A stretch of DNA of 62,600 nt, filler included, from Hausera hauseri (taxonomy: Eukaryota), in assembly GCA_046269625.1 (NCBI GenBank). It is 11 parts of 11 records of this genome, joined end to end, with 100 filler letters (N's around TTAATTAATTAA, not from the genome) between each part and the next. Parts side by side here need not be neighbours in the genome. Positions count along the whole stretch, not along the records: positions 1 to 4,659 come from JBJURY010486464.1; positions 4,760 to 10,197 come from JBJURY010255402.1; positions 10,298 to 15,276 come from JBJURY010372703.1; 8 more parts are not named here. One strand, given 5' to 3'. Both the position numbers and the translations under genes were made by a program. The notes under the pieces are model-generated. The model saw only the letters and a list, made by a program, of their open reading frames with translations. It did not search any database and was not told the origin of the DNA. Position 1 is the first letter of the stretch. Each line of letters opens with the position of its first letter. Below, piece after piece: positions 1-12,115 of the stretch.

Positions 1-159
1 CTCCAACAGCATCTCTGGCGCAAGATAAGCAATATCATCTGTCGTTGAAAACAAACTGGTCACTTCATTCAGTTCTTCATAAAATTCTTCTTCTTTCAAG
101 TGTACCACAGAAGAAAGCAGTAGCATTTTCAATTTCAAGTCTTCATTTGTCTGAGACAT
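1..159 (-). CDS. 5' part of an unknown acidic ORF (MSQTNEDLKLK...), runs off the window
   Basis: ATG at 159, open for 53 codons to the window edge; TATAAATA about 28 nt upstream. Confidence 0.4.
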   Translation of the reverse strand, partial: MSQTNEDLKLKMLLLSSVVHLKEEEFYEELNEVTSLFSTTDDIAYLAPEMLLE

Positions 160-186
160 TTTTCATTAATAACATTTGAACATGGG

Positions 187-194
187 TATTTATA
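187..194 (-). promoter_or_regulatory. TATA box
   Basis: Minus-strand TATAAATA about 28 nt upstream of the ATG at 159. Confidence 0.4.
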
Positions 195-226
195 CCAGAA
201 ATTGGGAAATAGGGTTACCCTTGAGC

Positions 227-385
227 AGGGTCAATTTCTATCTCGAGGGGGTCCATTTTTAATTCGAGGGCATCAATTTTTATACTGATGGGGTCAATTT
301 TTATCATCAGGGTGTCAATTTTTAGTTCGAGGGGGTCGATTTTTATTTCATGCGGGCCTATTTGTATTGCGAGTGAGGTCGATTT
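227..385. repeat. 8 degenerate tandem copies of a 21-bp unit (consensus ~GGGGTCAATTTTTATNTCGAG)
   Basis: TC(A/C/G)ATTT-like cores start at 231, 252, 273, 294, 315, 336, 357 and 379. Confidence 0.85.
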
Positions 386-659
386 GGGGAGTGGTCTTTT
401 TTCTAGTGTCTTTGTTCCATGGTCTTTGATCTAGGGGGTGGGGCTTTGTTTTAGGGAGTAGAAATATTGATACCCAACATAGATCACAGAAGTCTTTGTT
501 CTCAGGGGGTATGCCGAATACTGCTCTCTGATTAGTCAGTTTTTCTTACCTCCCGATAAGGTGTTTTCCTCTCGGTGGTCAATTTTCCTACCCCGATGAC
601 GTGTTCAACTGTGATTGGTTACTTTCCTTCCTGGGGGGGGGTTGATCAAGTGTCCTCAT

Positions 660-3600
660 ATCTAAATACTAATGGATGATTCTGTGAGTAATTGAACGTG
701 TCCACTGATCCGTCTGCCATCATTAGCCACAGTAGTTGTTCGCGATTTACCCTTTCCAGTTCCAAGAAAAAACTTTCCGTGTTACGTGCAATTATATTTA
801 TATTTCATCCGCCTCCGCCGCCAAACATTTGCCGGCAACGTGTTAAATCACGATACTGCAGCTCATACATTCGCAGCTTATTCAGATCTAATACCACTTG
901 TTCTATATAACTTGGCCGGTCCAGTACGACGTCTTCTCTGTTTAAAGGCATGGCAACTAATTAATTGTCAATGTTCATTGACCTCTGAATCTGTGCATTA
1001 CTCGTGTACGTGACCAACCTCTTTTCGCTATTGCATAGACGTACATTGAGCCGCTTTTTTAGGTTCTCGGCTGTTTTCCGTGCAGGGACTTGTTTTTCAG
1101 GTTGTAGTAGTCCTTTTTGAACTTTGTACAGGCTGCGACTCGTTTCTCCGAATTACCATCTATGTACGCCTTGAATATGGGAGCCTGAGAAAATCGGATT
1201 GCACGATATAGCCGTGTGACGCGTACACCGAGCTGCATGTAGAACTGTAGCAGAAGCCAATGTACCACGTAATTCAGATTCGGTTCATGCATCATGAGCA
1301 GTTTCTTCACTTTTGAGCCTGGCGGATATTGGTTAAATGGTGCGATCGGTAAATCGTCAAAAACGTCATGCATCTCATCTCGTATCTCGAAATCGACCTC
1401 CATCAGTATTCGACTGAGCCTGCCATGTATGCTCGTGGTAAGTTGACCACTATATCGTTCAGATCTTGTCTGTCGACTGCGCATTCAAATGAACCGTACG
1501 GCAAGGGTTGCGAAAGTACCCAGCCGTACAGGTTATTAATATCAATATGCAGCAGTGATGTGGTATCGGTAGCACTGACCTGATGCTTGTTGACAAATGT
1601 CATACTGCTGCGAATACCAACATCAAACAGCCGGTACATTTCCGGGTCTTGCAGAAACACAATGTCTCGATCCAGTGACATTAGAGCTGACGCTCAACTC
1701 ATTCCCAGTATGGAATAAAAGTTGAGTGGTTTTAACCTATCTTCCGGCAACGCTTTGATCCGAAATGCTTGAAATACGTCGGCTAATAAATACACGTTCA
1801 GCTTAAGATACTGGAGCATATAATTTAACATGTTTCTACAGCCCAGTTCTGTCCAAGATTCTTGTGCTCTCCGATTATTCATCTTCTGCAATACATGTCC
1901 ATTGCGGTGGTAATTCCTCTGCTATTCGGAGTCGCTCATATGATGCTGCAATGTCATATAGAAATATGCCTTTGCTACGTGCAATATGTGCAGGGAACTG
2001 CGTCAGGTCTATTGGAACATCTGGCAAGGCATTTACCAGCTTTGTCACTTATTCATTGAGAAATTGCAATGAATCAAGGAAGCGTACCTGGAATTGGTTT
2101 TCGCGTGCCGACAGCGATAGGTATTTCTCCATTGTCATTAGGATTATGGACAGTCCCCAGTGCGGAAAGCCGTTAATGGCCCATTTGAAAATATGATGGC
2201 AGTCATAACCTCGGAAATTATTAACTATCACCGGCAGAAATGGTCGCACTCGCATTGCTAAATAGCATGAATTGCATGCTGCCTCCAAGTATCAACCGGT
2301 GAAATGGTCGTGATCCGGTACACGCCGTTCCTGTGCATCAAACGGTATTATTTTGTGGTACAGATAGCATTCATGGGTGACAGCGAAAAGCAGCGGTTGA
2401 TATTCATCTGCCCAAATCAATGGCTTATTGCAATTGTTGCGATACCACGGCGCGATATCCGATTCCACTATGGTTTTGAACTGCTGCAGGAAATCACGTA
2501 AACAGTTTCAAGCATGGAAAACGTAATACTTCGGTTCTCCGGTAGCTTCAATTGAAACTATCAACATATCGACCACAATTGGAACGTGCTTTTTATCGTA
2601 TACATTGTGCCGTTGTAAAATTGCTTCTATATCGGCATACACCACATATGCAGGACTGTCCGTTTTAGACCAATCACCATGATGTACATTGTTACCCCTA
2701 GTGCGTTTTTCCTGCATAGCGTGACATGTTTCTTCCACGTTGTTTCCGATCTGAATCCATTCAGACATACAGGACACCTTTTTCATCGTATTCGCTTTTT
2801 GATGATGTGGTCATGTTTCATGTTCAACAGTCCATCCAGATTTGTCACTGCCACGTAATAAAATTTTTCGGCCTGCCCAACATCAACAAATTTACCCAGC
2901 GTTTATTCAGGTTCCGACTGCGAAAAATTATGTCCACATGAGGGTTCTTATAAATTTTTTCGTCTTCCGGTATTTTATCTATTGTGTTGTACCGGAAAAC
3001 GTTGATTTACAGCGTCTGGTTACGCCGTTCAAAAGCCGGAATGATTTTCAGTTTCATCGGCATCCAGCATTTATCAAATTGTAATTCGGAAAAATGCTGC
3101 CGATACTGATTTGAACGATTTGCATGACATCTGTTCACTTCGCTGTACTTCAATACAGCCAGAATACTGTACAGAAAACGGTATTTGTCGTCAGTATGTT
3201 GTACATTCACTACCGCCAGAGACTGCTTTAGAGATGCAGGTGTCGGTATGAATGACCGTCCAGACAAATATACCACGTCACTCAACTTTGTTATGATAAA
3301 ACCGAGTGTGACAATTCGTATAATTCGCCATCCACTACTCTTTTCCGTGTAGTTGGCGATTTTCTCATACAACTTTTCGCCTACATCGGCAATAAAATCT
3401 TCGGAATACGGTACGGCTCAATGTGACAGATACCATTGTTTCCTGTCACCTTCAACGTTTTCAAATTCTGCAAGTGCATAATACTGCACTCTGCAGTTAT
3501 TGAGTTTAAATTTCTCCACCCCTAATTCAAACCGGCTGCGCATACCGGGCGAAACATGCCTCAGCTGTAGTGTTGTTGTCCCCGACATATTTACTTTCAC

Positions 3601-4196
3601 GTCCACGTACGATTTGTTTAGATCGTACTTGAGAGTAATGAAATGTCCTGTTGTCGCATCTGCTCCTGCTGCTGCTGCTGTTCCGTACTGTTTCGGATGT
3701 ATTCGTCGAGACTTGTGGATGCTTGACGTTTCCTGCTTGTTGAGAGAATACTGGTTTTTCTTGTCGCCATCACTATTTCCTTTTTGGGCCGCTAAAACTG
3801 GTTCAAGTGGTTCTTGTGAGTGTTGCAGAATTGTTCATAGTTGATTTCATCAACTACAGGACAACCGGGATAAACGTAGGCCCGTTTACCGTGCACTGTT
3901 GTGGTGCCATAGTACTGCTCCATTGTACTATTACAACCACTAACATTGTGCACTTTACTATTGCAGTAATGTGGGTATATAGAGCAATGCTCAACCATCA
4001 TCTTCTTAGACCGAGTAAACGGTCCGAGATGATGCTTGTGCACCTCATAAAAATCAGGGTATGTACAGAGTGTTGGAATATCACACATTGGACACATACG
4101 TGTCCGTGCCAATTGTGTAATACTTCGTCTCTGTTGATGGCACTGATCCTCCACATGTATGCGGGAGACGCAATATATGGAATATTGCTTACATTT
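660..4196 (-). pseudogene. Maverick/Polinton-type protein-primed family B DNA polymerase, decayed, C-terminally truncated; divergent from the other three copies
   Basis: ExoI VVYADIEA; DHDHFTG..AACNSC Zn motif; ExoII NNFRGYD; motif A DINNLYG..SQPLPYG; motif B KKDYYNLKNKSLHGK; degenerate motif C ARNTESFF; many stops and frameshifts. Confidence 0.9.
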
Positions 4197-4659
4197 CTAA
4201 ATTCAAACAAATTAACATTTAGAATAGATTTAAATTATAAATAAAATAAATTAAAATACATATACGTGTAAAATTAAACATTAAACATAACCCCGATGGT
4301 CTGTAAAATAGTCTTACTCCTATAAACATTTGTTCCCCATACTACTATTACCAATAATAATAATCAAATGGAACAGTACATTGAAAATGAGATTCAGAAA
4401 TTGACCGATGAAATAATGACGGGACATGTGTTTAATGTACAGTTTTTATGTGAACTCAGAAACGAGAATAATGAGCAGGCGAGAATATATTGAATTGATA
4501 GTCAGATCTCTCTTCGTAACATGTATCGAGGATAAAATGAGACGAAAACCGCAACAACAACGACAGATTAATTTCCTCATTAGACTTGTATTTTATGCCT
4601 CGCTTTGTATTGTAATAAAAAAGTTGATTGACCGTATTTAATCACATTTGTACATATTT

Positions 4660-4759
4660 NNNNNNNNNNNNNNNNNNNNNNNNNNNNNNNNNNNNNNNNN
4701 NNNTTAATTAATTAANNNNNNNNNNNNNNNNNNNNNNNNNNNNNNNNNNNNNNNNNNNN
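4660..4759. other. Artificial contig linker
   Basis: 44 N + TTAATTAATTAA (stops in all six frames) + 44 N. Confidence 0.97.
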
Positions 4760-5072
4760 AAAGGACGTTTGAAGTAGGGGATCAGGTGCTGGTACGGAGG
4801 GAATCCGGAACAAAGGAGAAAGACAAATACGAAGGCACCTACACAATCATTGAGAAAGTTCACGCGAGGCGATACGTACTACGACATGAAGATGGCCAAA
4901 CCTTGGAGAAACGTAAGAAGCTATGAAAATTGAAAAAAGGAGGATGTGAGGATATAATTGAAAACAGAAATTCTAAATTTAAATTTAAATTTAAAAATAT
5001 TAAAAGTCTGATTTAAATTTGGAAAATTTCTTTCCAAATAAATATTTTGGATTATAATAAAAATTTTCAACA
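4760..5072 (+). mobile_element. 3' end of a Ty3/Gypsy element: integrase C-terminus, polypurine tract, short LTR
   Basis: FEVGDQVLVR...KYEGTYTIIEKV integrase tail; purine tract GAAAAAAGGAGGA at 4932-4944 followed by TGTGAGG at 4945; LTR end approximate. Confidence 0.7.
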
Positions 5073-5268
5073 ACTGGTGTTACTTTTCAATGAGTAATTA
5101 CAAACGATCAAATTCTGATTCAGCAGACAGACCAGAGGGCGGGGATTTTCCAACCCTACCCAAGCCGGGCGACGAGGTGGACGGCGTGGTTGCGAACGCA
5201 GCCAACAATCATAACATTGAAATAAGAACTATCATTTAGCAAAAGGATAAATCCAAACGTAAACAGTA

Positions 5269-5766
5269 GCAAATGCAAAATTTTCACAACTAAAAACTCA
5301 TTTTATTAATAGCCAGTAAACCATAAAATACAAGTGTTATGCATCAAATGAAAAGTAATTCAATCCTGCAACAATTTCAAGAAGAGAAAGTCAAAATTCT
5401 CCTACTCGCAAAAAGTCCGTACTCGCCATTATGTTTTGCACAACCTTTTCATCCGTTTTATGAAAATTTTCGGGTTTCCTGCCCAATACTTTTCGATTGG
5501 TCGAAATTCTGGACAATTTGGTTGATTTGTATCTTTTCGCACCAAATTGATTTTGTATGTTTCAAACCAATCCAAAGCCATCTTGGAATAATGGGATAAG
5601 ACCAAATCCGGTTGCCCGGAAGTTGTCCAAAGCTTGCTTTGACATAAGTTTCATCATTGATTTAGAATCAGCTGATTTATATTTATCTGGTTGTATCGTT
5701 GCTTATTTCATTTTCATATAGTTTGTTCAAATAATAATAAATTCGTTGTGAAAATTTTGCATTTGC
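5269..5766 (-). mobile_element. Internally deleted DD37E (ITm/Tc1-like) transposon
   Basis: PDLVLSHYSKMALDWF...NQPNCPEFRPIEKYWA with exactly 37 residues between D and E; perfect 22-bp inverted repeats at 5269-5290 and 5745-5766. Confidence 0.8.
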
Positions 5767-6033
5767 CGCCCCAGATAAATGATGCAATTAAAATTCTAAG
5801 AGATGAAACAAATCAGGGGTACATGTACGCTGTGGAATGCAAAATTTCGTGGGACGAATAAACAATGGAAATGATGATGAGAACATGTACCGCGCGAGTT
5901 TAACCACAGCTGATGATAATTAATAAATCAAATCTCATTGTCCAATGTCCAATAAGTCAAAATAAGTCAGTTTATTTCAAACGACAAAACACACACATGT
6001 ACACAAATGTACACAAACTGAGAAAGCAATTGA

Positions 6034-8053
6034 TCACTGAGCGACATCGACCGGCATTTTATCCATGAGATCTTTCAAACTTCCAAATGCACTTGATACC
6101 GCAATTGTGTCTGATGACGACGATGATGATGACGTCATATTGTACAGCCAATCAGGAAATTGTTTCATAATCGACTGCAGACACATCTCAACCAAATCTG
6201 ATTCCATTGTGAGTTCGTTCGTCAAAATTCAAAAAACTACCTCTGGTTAACCCATTACAATTACAAATCGTATCGATCAACGTATGCCGAACAATTGGTT
6301 TGTTGTTGTGTTGCTGGAACTCCAAATAAATAGATTGAGCTATTTTGGGTAAATACGACATTTTCGTGTCGTTTATCGATTTCCCCATGTTCGTTGCTGC
6401 CTTCCGTAGACGTATCTACGATCGAAATTCAATGAATAATTTTGTTAAAATTATTCACCTTCTCGAGAAGCGACTGTGGAATACCCTTCAATTTTTCACA
6501 GGTTTCTTCCGATTTGGTAACATTCAAATCGGGAAGCGGTTTCGTGACACTGAACATATTTTTCAACGAATGATTCCGCAATTCGTCAAATTTTTTGTCT
6601 TGTGGCATATCCGGTAATTTGGCCGGTACGACAATTGGTACATGCAATTCTTTATTGAACGGAATCGGATTGTTCGGGTCATACGCAGCTCGACTGCAAT
6701 TTACCCGGTCCATGCAACGATTAAAAAAAATTTCCCGACGTTGACCCAATCGCTGAGCATCGAAATTAATTATACTTTTCAATGGTGATTGGGTCTTTGT
6801 TGTTACGTCTTTTTCAAGAGACGGCCTCAAAACGAGGTCATAATGTGATGCAGATTTTTCCCAACGAATGGAAAACGCTTCCGGATAAATAGCGACAATT
6901 TGGGCGAGACGACGTTCAGTGAAATTACTAATGATATTTTGTCAATTTCTATCAAAAGTCAAACAATTAATCCCTACTCCGATAAAGATAATTTCTTCTT
7001 ATGTTGGTTGAAATAAACGATGTTCCCACGTCTATGTAGATCTCGAACAAGTTTATCGACAGTTGTAAAACCCTCAAAAAGAACTCTAAGATGAACCGGT
7101 AGCTGTTGTGAGAGCAGTTGGTAATTTTGCGGAAGTGATTCGGTTTTACACTCGGATTCTTTTGCCGGTTTCGTTGGTGAATTTGCATCAGCATCAGCAT
7201 CATCACCACCATCCGACATAAATGCCGATTTATTCATGCAACTTTGGCTAAATGTGGATTTTTTTCGTTGGGGTGCAGTCAGTTTTATCACAGCTGGAGA
7301 ACTTTTGTTTATACTAAAAAGATTTTCGCATGGTGGTTTGACGTTATCATTCGTTGTAATGTCTAATTTGCTTGTGACCGGTTTTAAAAAGGAACGAATA
7401 TTCCGATCAAGCGGTTGTGATTCAATGTCGCATACCGATTCAACGTCGAATTTCAAATGCCATGTACGCGCATCGGTAAAAGATTTATCGGAATCTTTTA
7501 TTGTTAAGAGAAATTCATTGTGCTTTGTTTTTACTCGTTCAAGTAGTCGTTTGTAAAATTCTTCTCGTCGAATAATAATTTGACTCAGACTTAATGATTT
7601 TTCCATTTTTTGTGAGAAGTCATTTTAGACATGCCAAATTCCAAATTTGGTATAATTTCAAAATCCACTGAACTTCTCGTCGATTTCATGGGTGTTTTAC
7701 CAAAACAATAAAAATACGAATAGGGGAAAACGGTTGAAATCTGTCCAAAATCTTCTCATCAAATGATTCTTTAGACCATTGCTTAAAAATATCTGATATT
7801 GTGGATAGGAACACTTTTCCTTCCTTTCCAATAATCGTATTGACAGTATTATTTAAACAAGCAAATGAGGTTAATAAATTTTGGTAATGTTTCAGAAGCA
7901 GAGATAATTGACTGTCATAATTAGGACTTTTATTCGTTATATTGGTTTGTTTTTGGTAACATCTGTATTCGATAATTTTGTCTTTTTATTTAGATTTTGA
8001 ACATTATCCGGTCTATGATTCCTTTTAACAACTTCTTTATCAACGTTCTTCAT
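6034..8053 (-). CDS. CDT1: DNA replication licensing factor Cdt1-like, 4 exons (introns 6928-6977, 6416-6458, 6198-6240)
   Basis: Motifs RREEF..L..VK..H..FL..WH..FDV, F.E..LAQI..IYP, LKGIPQSLLEKIR, LPKIA, L..I...FPDWL; three GT-AG introns restore frame; three 1-nt frameshifts in or near A-runs in exon 1 (likely read errors). Confidence 0.85.
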
Positions 8054-9869
8054 TTACTGGGAAATATGAAATAAAAATTTAAATAGAAAGCAATTTGTGC
8101 GGCACACCAACAATTGGACGATATTCGACTGTATAGCAGTCCAACACTGTGAAACATTGTGAAGTTGATCGATGCTACAATTCGTACCGAATCGAAAATT
8201 CCAACCAGAAAAATAAGACGTATTGAGATTTCATTGGAATTACCCGTCGTCATGTTATGCTGGAAAATATATTCATGATGAGACCGTTGAATGATATGAT
8301 CATTGTCATAAAGTAGAATATTAACGAAATTTAGATTAGGTAATTTGGATTTGTTTGGAGAGATGTTGAACAATTAACAATATAATATAGAGGCATCCTT
8401 TCTATTGATTTATTTTACCAATCCATAGATAAATTGGTATTGTTTGTAGGTTCATATAAATTACTGAATTCATAACTGAAATATTATCAATTACACAGTA
8501 TGTTTCAATATTAAAATAATCATTTTTATGTAATTCTTTCACGTTTTCCTTCATAATTTTTTGTAGTGATACTTATTAATACTTTCTTGCTTTTGCCGTC
8601 AACCACTAACTGGAAGCGACATTTGCCATTAAAACCAATATTCTTCTTTTACTTTCCTTTTTTTATTTATATCTACATGCTAAAATTGCTTAAATTACCC
8701 GATTCATTTATGTAATTGAATGAATTCTACCGAATTAATTTAAAAATTCCCACTACTATCTCTGACACACACAGTGATTTAAAGTCATCGTATGATTCAT
8801 AAGCCGGCGTCTAGGTTCTTGCGCTCACACACAACTGTGCCACGTTTGAATTTCTTTGTACGCGGTCACTGCATGAATAACACATTTCGTATTGACTGTC
8901 GAAATGTGGTGTATTTGAAAGTGAATAAGAGTACACCAGTCCGAAAACAGCTGAAATTTGATGTTGAATTATGAAAGTCTATATTTAGTGTCACAATTAA
9001 TAAATCCAAATCCCAATTTAATTCTAACACAAAATAACGAAACTTACCCACACGCAACATGATTACCGGTCGGACTGAAAGCACAAGCCATAACCCACGT
9101 CGTTGCCATTGACAGTCCAAATTCCTTAATAATATTCAATACCAAAAATTACGAAAAAATCATAAACAAACTCTGTTATTTGTAAATCCATCCCATACAA
9201 TTAATTTCCCATCCTATAAATTGCAAAATCATCCATAACGAAAATGTTCATACCTGTGACGTGCTAACAATGTGCCGTTTATCTAATGACCATGCCAGAC
9301 TCAGTACTCGACCTTGATGACCTTTGAACAATCGTCTAACTTTGATATTCATGCTGGGAACTGGGTCTATTTTCTGACTCAGAGTAACCACTTAAGGCAA
9401 AACAATAAGGTAAACTAATAAAATAAGTTACAGTCGCCATCTTTAAGTCGACTTCGATCTTCAACTATTTTTTTCTTCAAACTGTCTGCTTCTTTAGCTA
9501 AATCTGCGTCATTTGTGTTTGCAGTATCAACCGACATGAAAAATAAATATTTAATCAAACTTTTACTCTAATAAATTGAACAATTTACTTCAATAAAACA
9601 AAAGGATAGCAGAATCCAGGCAATCTTACAATCTGAGTAAGACTCCCTTACCATTTCTTCACCCATCTTCATAGCTTCCTCCAGGTCCTTTTTATTAAAC
9701 TTGCGTCCCAGGGTGCTATAAATTTTTGTCATGACTGGAGTACTGTCCTAGAATATAAACAGGACAAAATGTCTACATTATATAAAGGTATCTGAAAGTT
9801 AAACATGTAATTACAAGACAAAAGTTACTGAACTTGCTGTACTACCATTGTGAATTCATTAATAAAGTT

Positions 9870-10197
9870 GCTATGCCCACAGGCATGAGTAAGTATCTCC
9901 ATCTCTGGTGTATCCAATTAGTTATATTGCCTTCCTCCTCTTGTGCCACTTTGTCAACCCATTAAAGAACTTTACCTTCCTTTTTTTGCTTCAAACTTTC
10001 CTGTAACTGCTAACTTCTCCAGCTGACCTCTTATTATACGCCCAAAGAACTTGATCTTTTTCCTTCTTGTGCTACTAATACTGGAAGGTTTGCGATTGTC
10101 TCCTATGTCATCCAGGACTTCTTGTCTTTGCTCTCCATGGGATACATTACATTTGTCTCCAAAATTACATTTCTGTAGCTTCTAGTGGTAAATCATG
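9870..10197 (-). mobile_element. 3' fragment of an RTE-clade LINE
   Basis: LEATEM*FWRQM*CIPW...EVL...RRKKIKFFGRIIRGQLEKLAVTGKFEAKKGR, typical RTE post-RT region. Confidence 0.75.
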
Positions 10198-10297
10198 NNN
10201 NNNNNNNNNNNNNNNNNNNNNNNNNNNNNNNNNNNNNNNNNTTAATTAATTAANNNNNNNNNNNNNNNNNNNNNNNNNNNNNNNNNNNNNNNNNNNN
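10198..10297. other. Artificial contig linker
   Basis: 44 N + TTAATTAATTAA + 44 N. Confidence 0.97.
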
Positions 10298-10616
10298 TTT
10301 AAATGAATTCAGTGTAATTTTCCTTTTTGTCCCAATTCAATATCCCACCGAGAGAGTGCTAAACGTTTGACCAAAGCATATCAAAACATAAGATCGATCT
10401 ATTGAGTGTTATTATGTAAGCCTTCAAGTTTTGCTTATTGTTATGATCTTCAACAAAGTGACAGTGATATAAGCATAGCTTAGCAACGAGCTCATATTAG
10501 CACCAACACAGACAATATGGGCGTTTTATGACCCAGCAGCCTATGTGCATCTGTCTCATTCTCTAACCCCCACGATTACCAACACGATTTAAAAATTGTG
10601 TCATTCTTACTGCACG

Positions 10617-12115
10617 ATGGATACCAAGCGCAAGTCACTGACGACTGATGTAAGGTTGAAAATGCATGAAGTTGTCGACGATAACAGTAAGAAAGCAGCA
10701 GGACTCAAAAAGGAACTGGAATACATTACTGAAGAGTTTGGAATAAAGCAATGCACCCTTTCTGCCATCGTGAAAGGGCGAGAAGCGATTGAATCCACAG
10801 CTTTTTCTGGCTGTTTTTCCTCTACGGCAAAAAAATTCCGCGCAACAGACAAGTTCATTGAAGTTCACAACGCTCTCCTCCAATGGTTTAAGACGTGCCG
10901 CACTTCCAAAATAGCCATTAATGACGAGTGGCTCAAGACCGAAGCCCAGTCGTTTCTATCTCATCTTCGAAGTGGCGAGACATCAGAGGGAGATTCGGCA
11001 ATCTCCATGTCGTGGATCCAAATATAGAAACACAGCTATAACATCACATTGAAATGGATGTGTGGTGAAAGTTGCATGGATGAATTCTACTATTTTTGAA
11101 GAGCACATTCGAAGGATTGATCGCCAACAGAAAGATCCTTCTCATTGTTTTCAACTGCTCTGCCCATCCCAAACTCGATTCGCTTCGATCTGTTATCCTT
11201 ATGTTTCTTCCTTCTAACACCACTTCCAAGACGCAACCAATAGATCGTGGAATTATCTGGTCACTGAAGATGCATTATTACAAGCAGTTGATGACTAAGC
11301 TGCGCATTGCTTATGATGCCAGACAGCCCTTCCAGCCAGACCTTACGAGAGCATTACATTGGCTGAAAACATCATGAAATCACGTTCAAATCGAAACAAT
11401 CGTCAATTGTTCCCGTTCTGCGGGCTTTTGTGATGACTCCGTTTCTCTTCCTCCGATGTAATGGTTTCTTATACGATTCTGCCAGCGTGGGAAACATTTT
11501 TTAGCAGCTGTGTGCTGCGTTCTCATTGCCAGATACAGTGAGCACAGGGCTGTTCACATCGATCGACGATGAAATTTTCACCGTGGAAACTCCGAGTGAA
11601 GCTGCCATCATCGATTCTCTGATGCCACTAACTGGTGAGACCATCGTAAGTGATCATTCTGATGATAACAGTACCTGTGATGATGATGATAAATATATTC
11701 CGTCACACGCTGAGACTCTTCAAATGCCACATCAAATTCGCCTCTATCTTTTGAAGCTTTTTTCTTCTGCGGATGACTTTTGTCATTTAGACAATTTTCA
11801 ATTTTCTGTTACTAATGCAGCATTTAGTAGCAAAACACAAACGATTCTTGATAAATTTTTACCACGCGACTGATGACCTTTCTGTACTTAATGTTGTATT
11901 GTGTCTGTTGTCCTCTAAACTCTACAAAGAAAATGTGTTGATTGTCACTTCAGTTACTGTTAAGCTTGAATTGTATGAATCGATTATAACGATGGGAACA
12001 AGTCAGTACAGCTGTATAAAGTGTGCAATTTTCAAAAAATAGGTAATAATAAAATCCGTTTATAATAAAATTTTTTCTCGGGAAAAAGGCAATTTATTAT
12101 ATATGGACGTTAGTG
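10617..12115 (+). mobile_element. Tigger/pogo (CENP-B-like) DNA transposon, transposase pseudogene with internal deletion
   Basis: psq/CENP-B HTH (KRKSLT..; EEFGIKQCTLSAIVK; LLQWF), AWMNS, KILLIVFNCSAHP, FLPSNTTSKTQPIDRGII; candidate 3' TIR ending ...TTAGTG followed by TA. Confidence 0.85.

Noticed and set aside
4704-4715. Recurrent palindromic TTAATTAATTAA as a biological repeat or CRISPR-like array
   Set aside because: It is always centred in exactly 44+44 N, so it is an assembly spacer.
9652-9747. Isolated minus-strand exon-like segment (DSTPVMTKIYSTLGRKF..) with AG/GT borders
   Set aside because: No convincing neighbouring exons or identifiable product.
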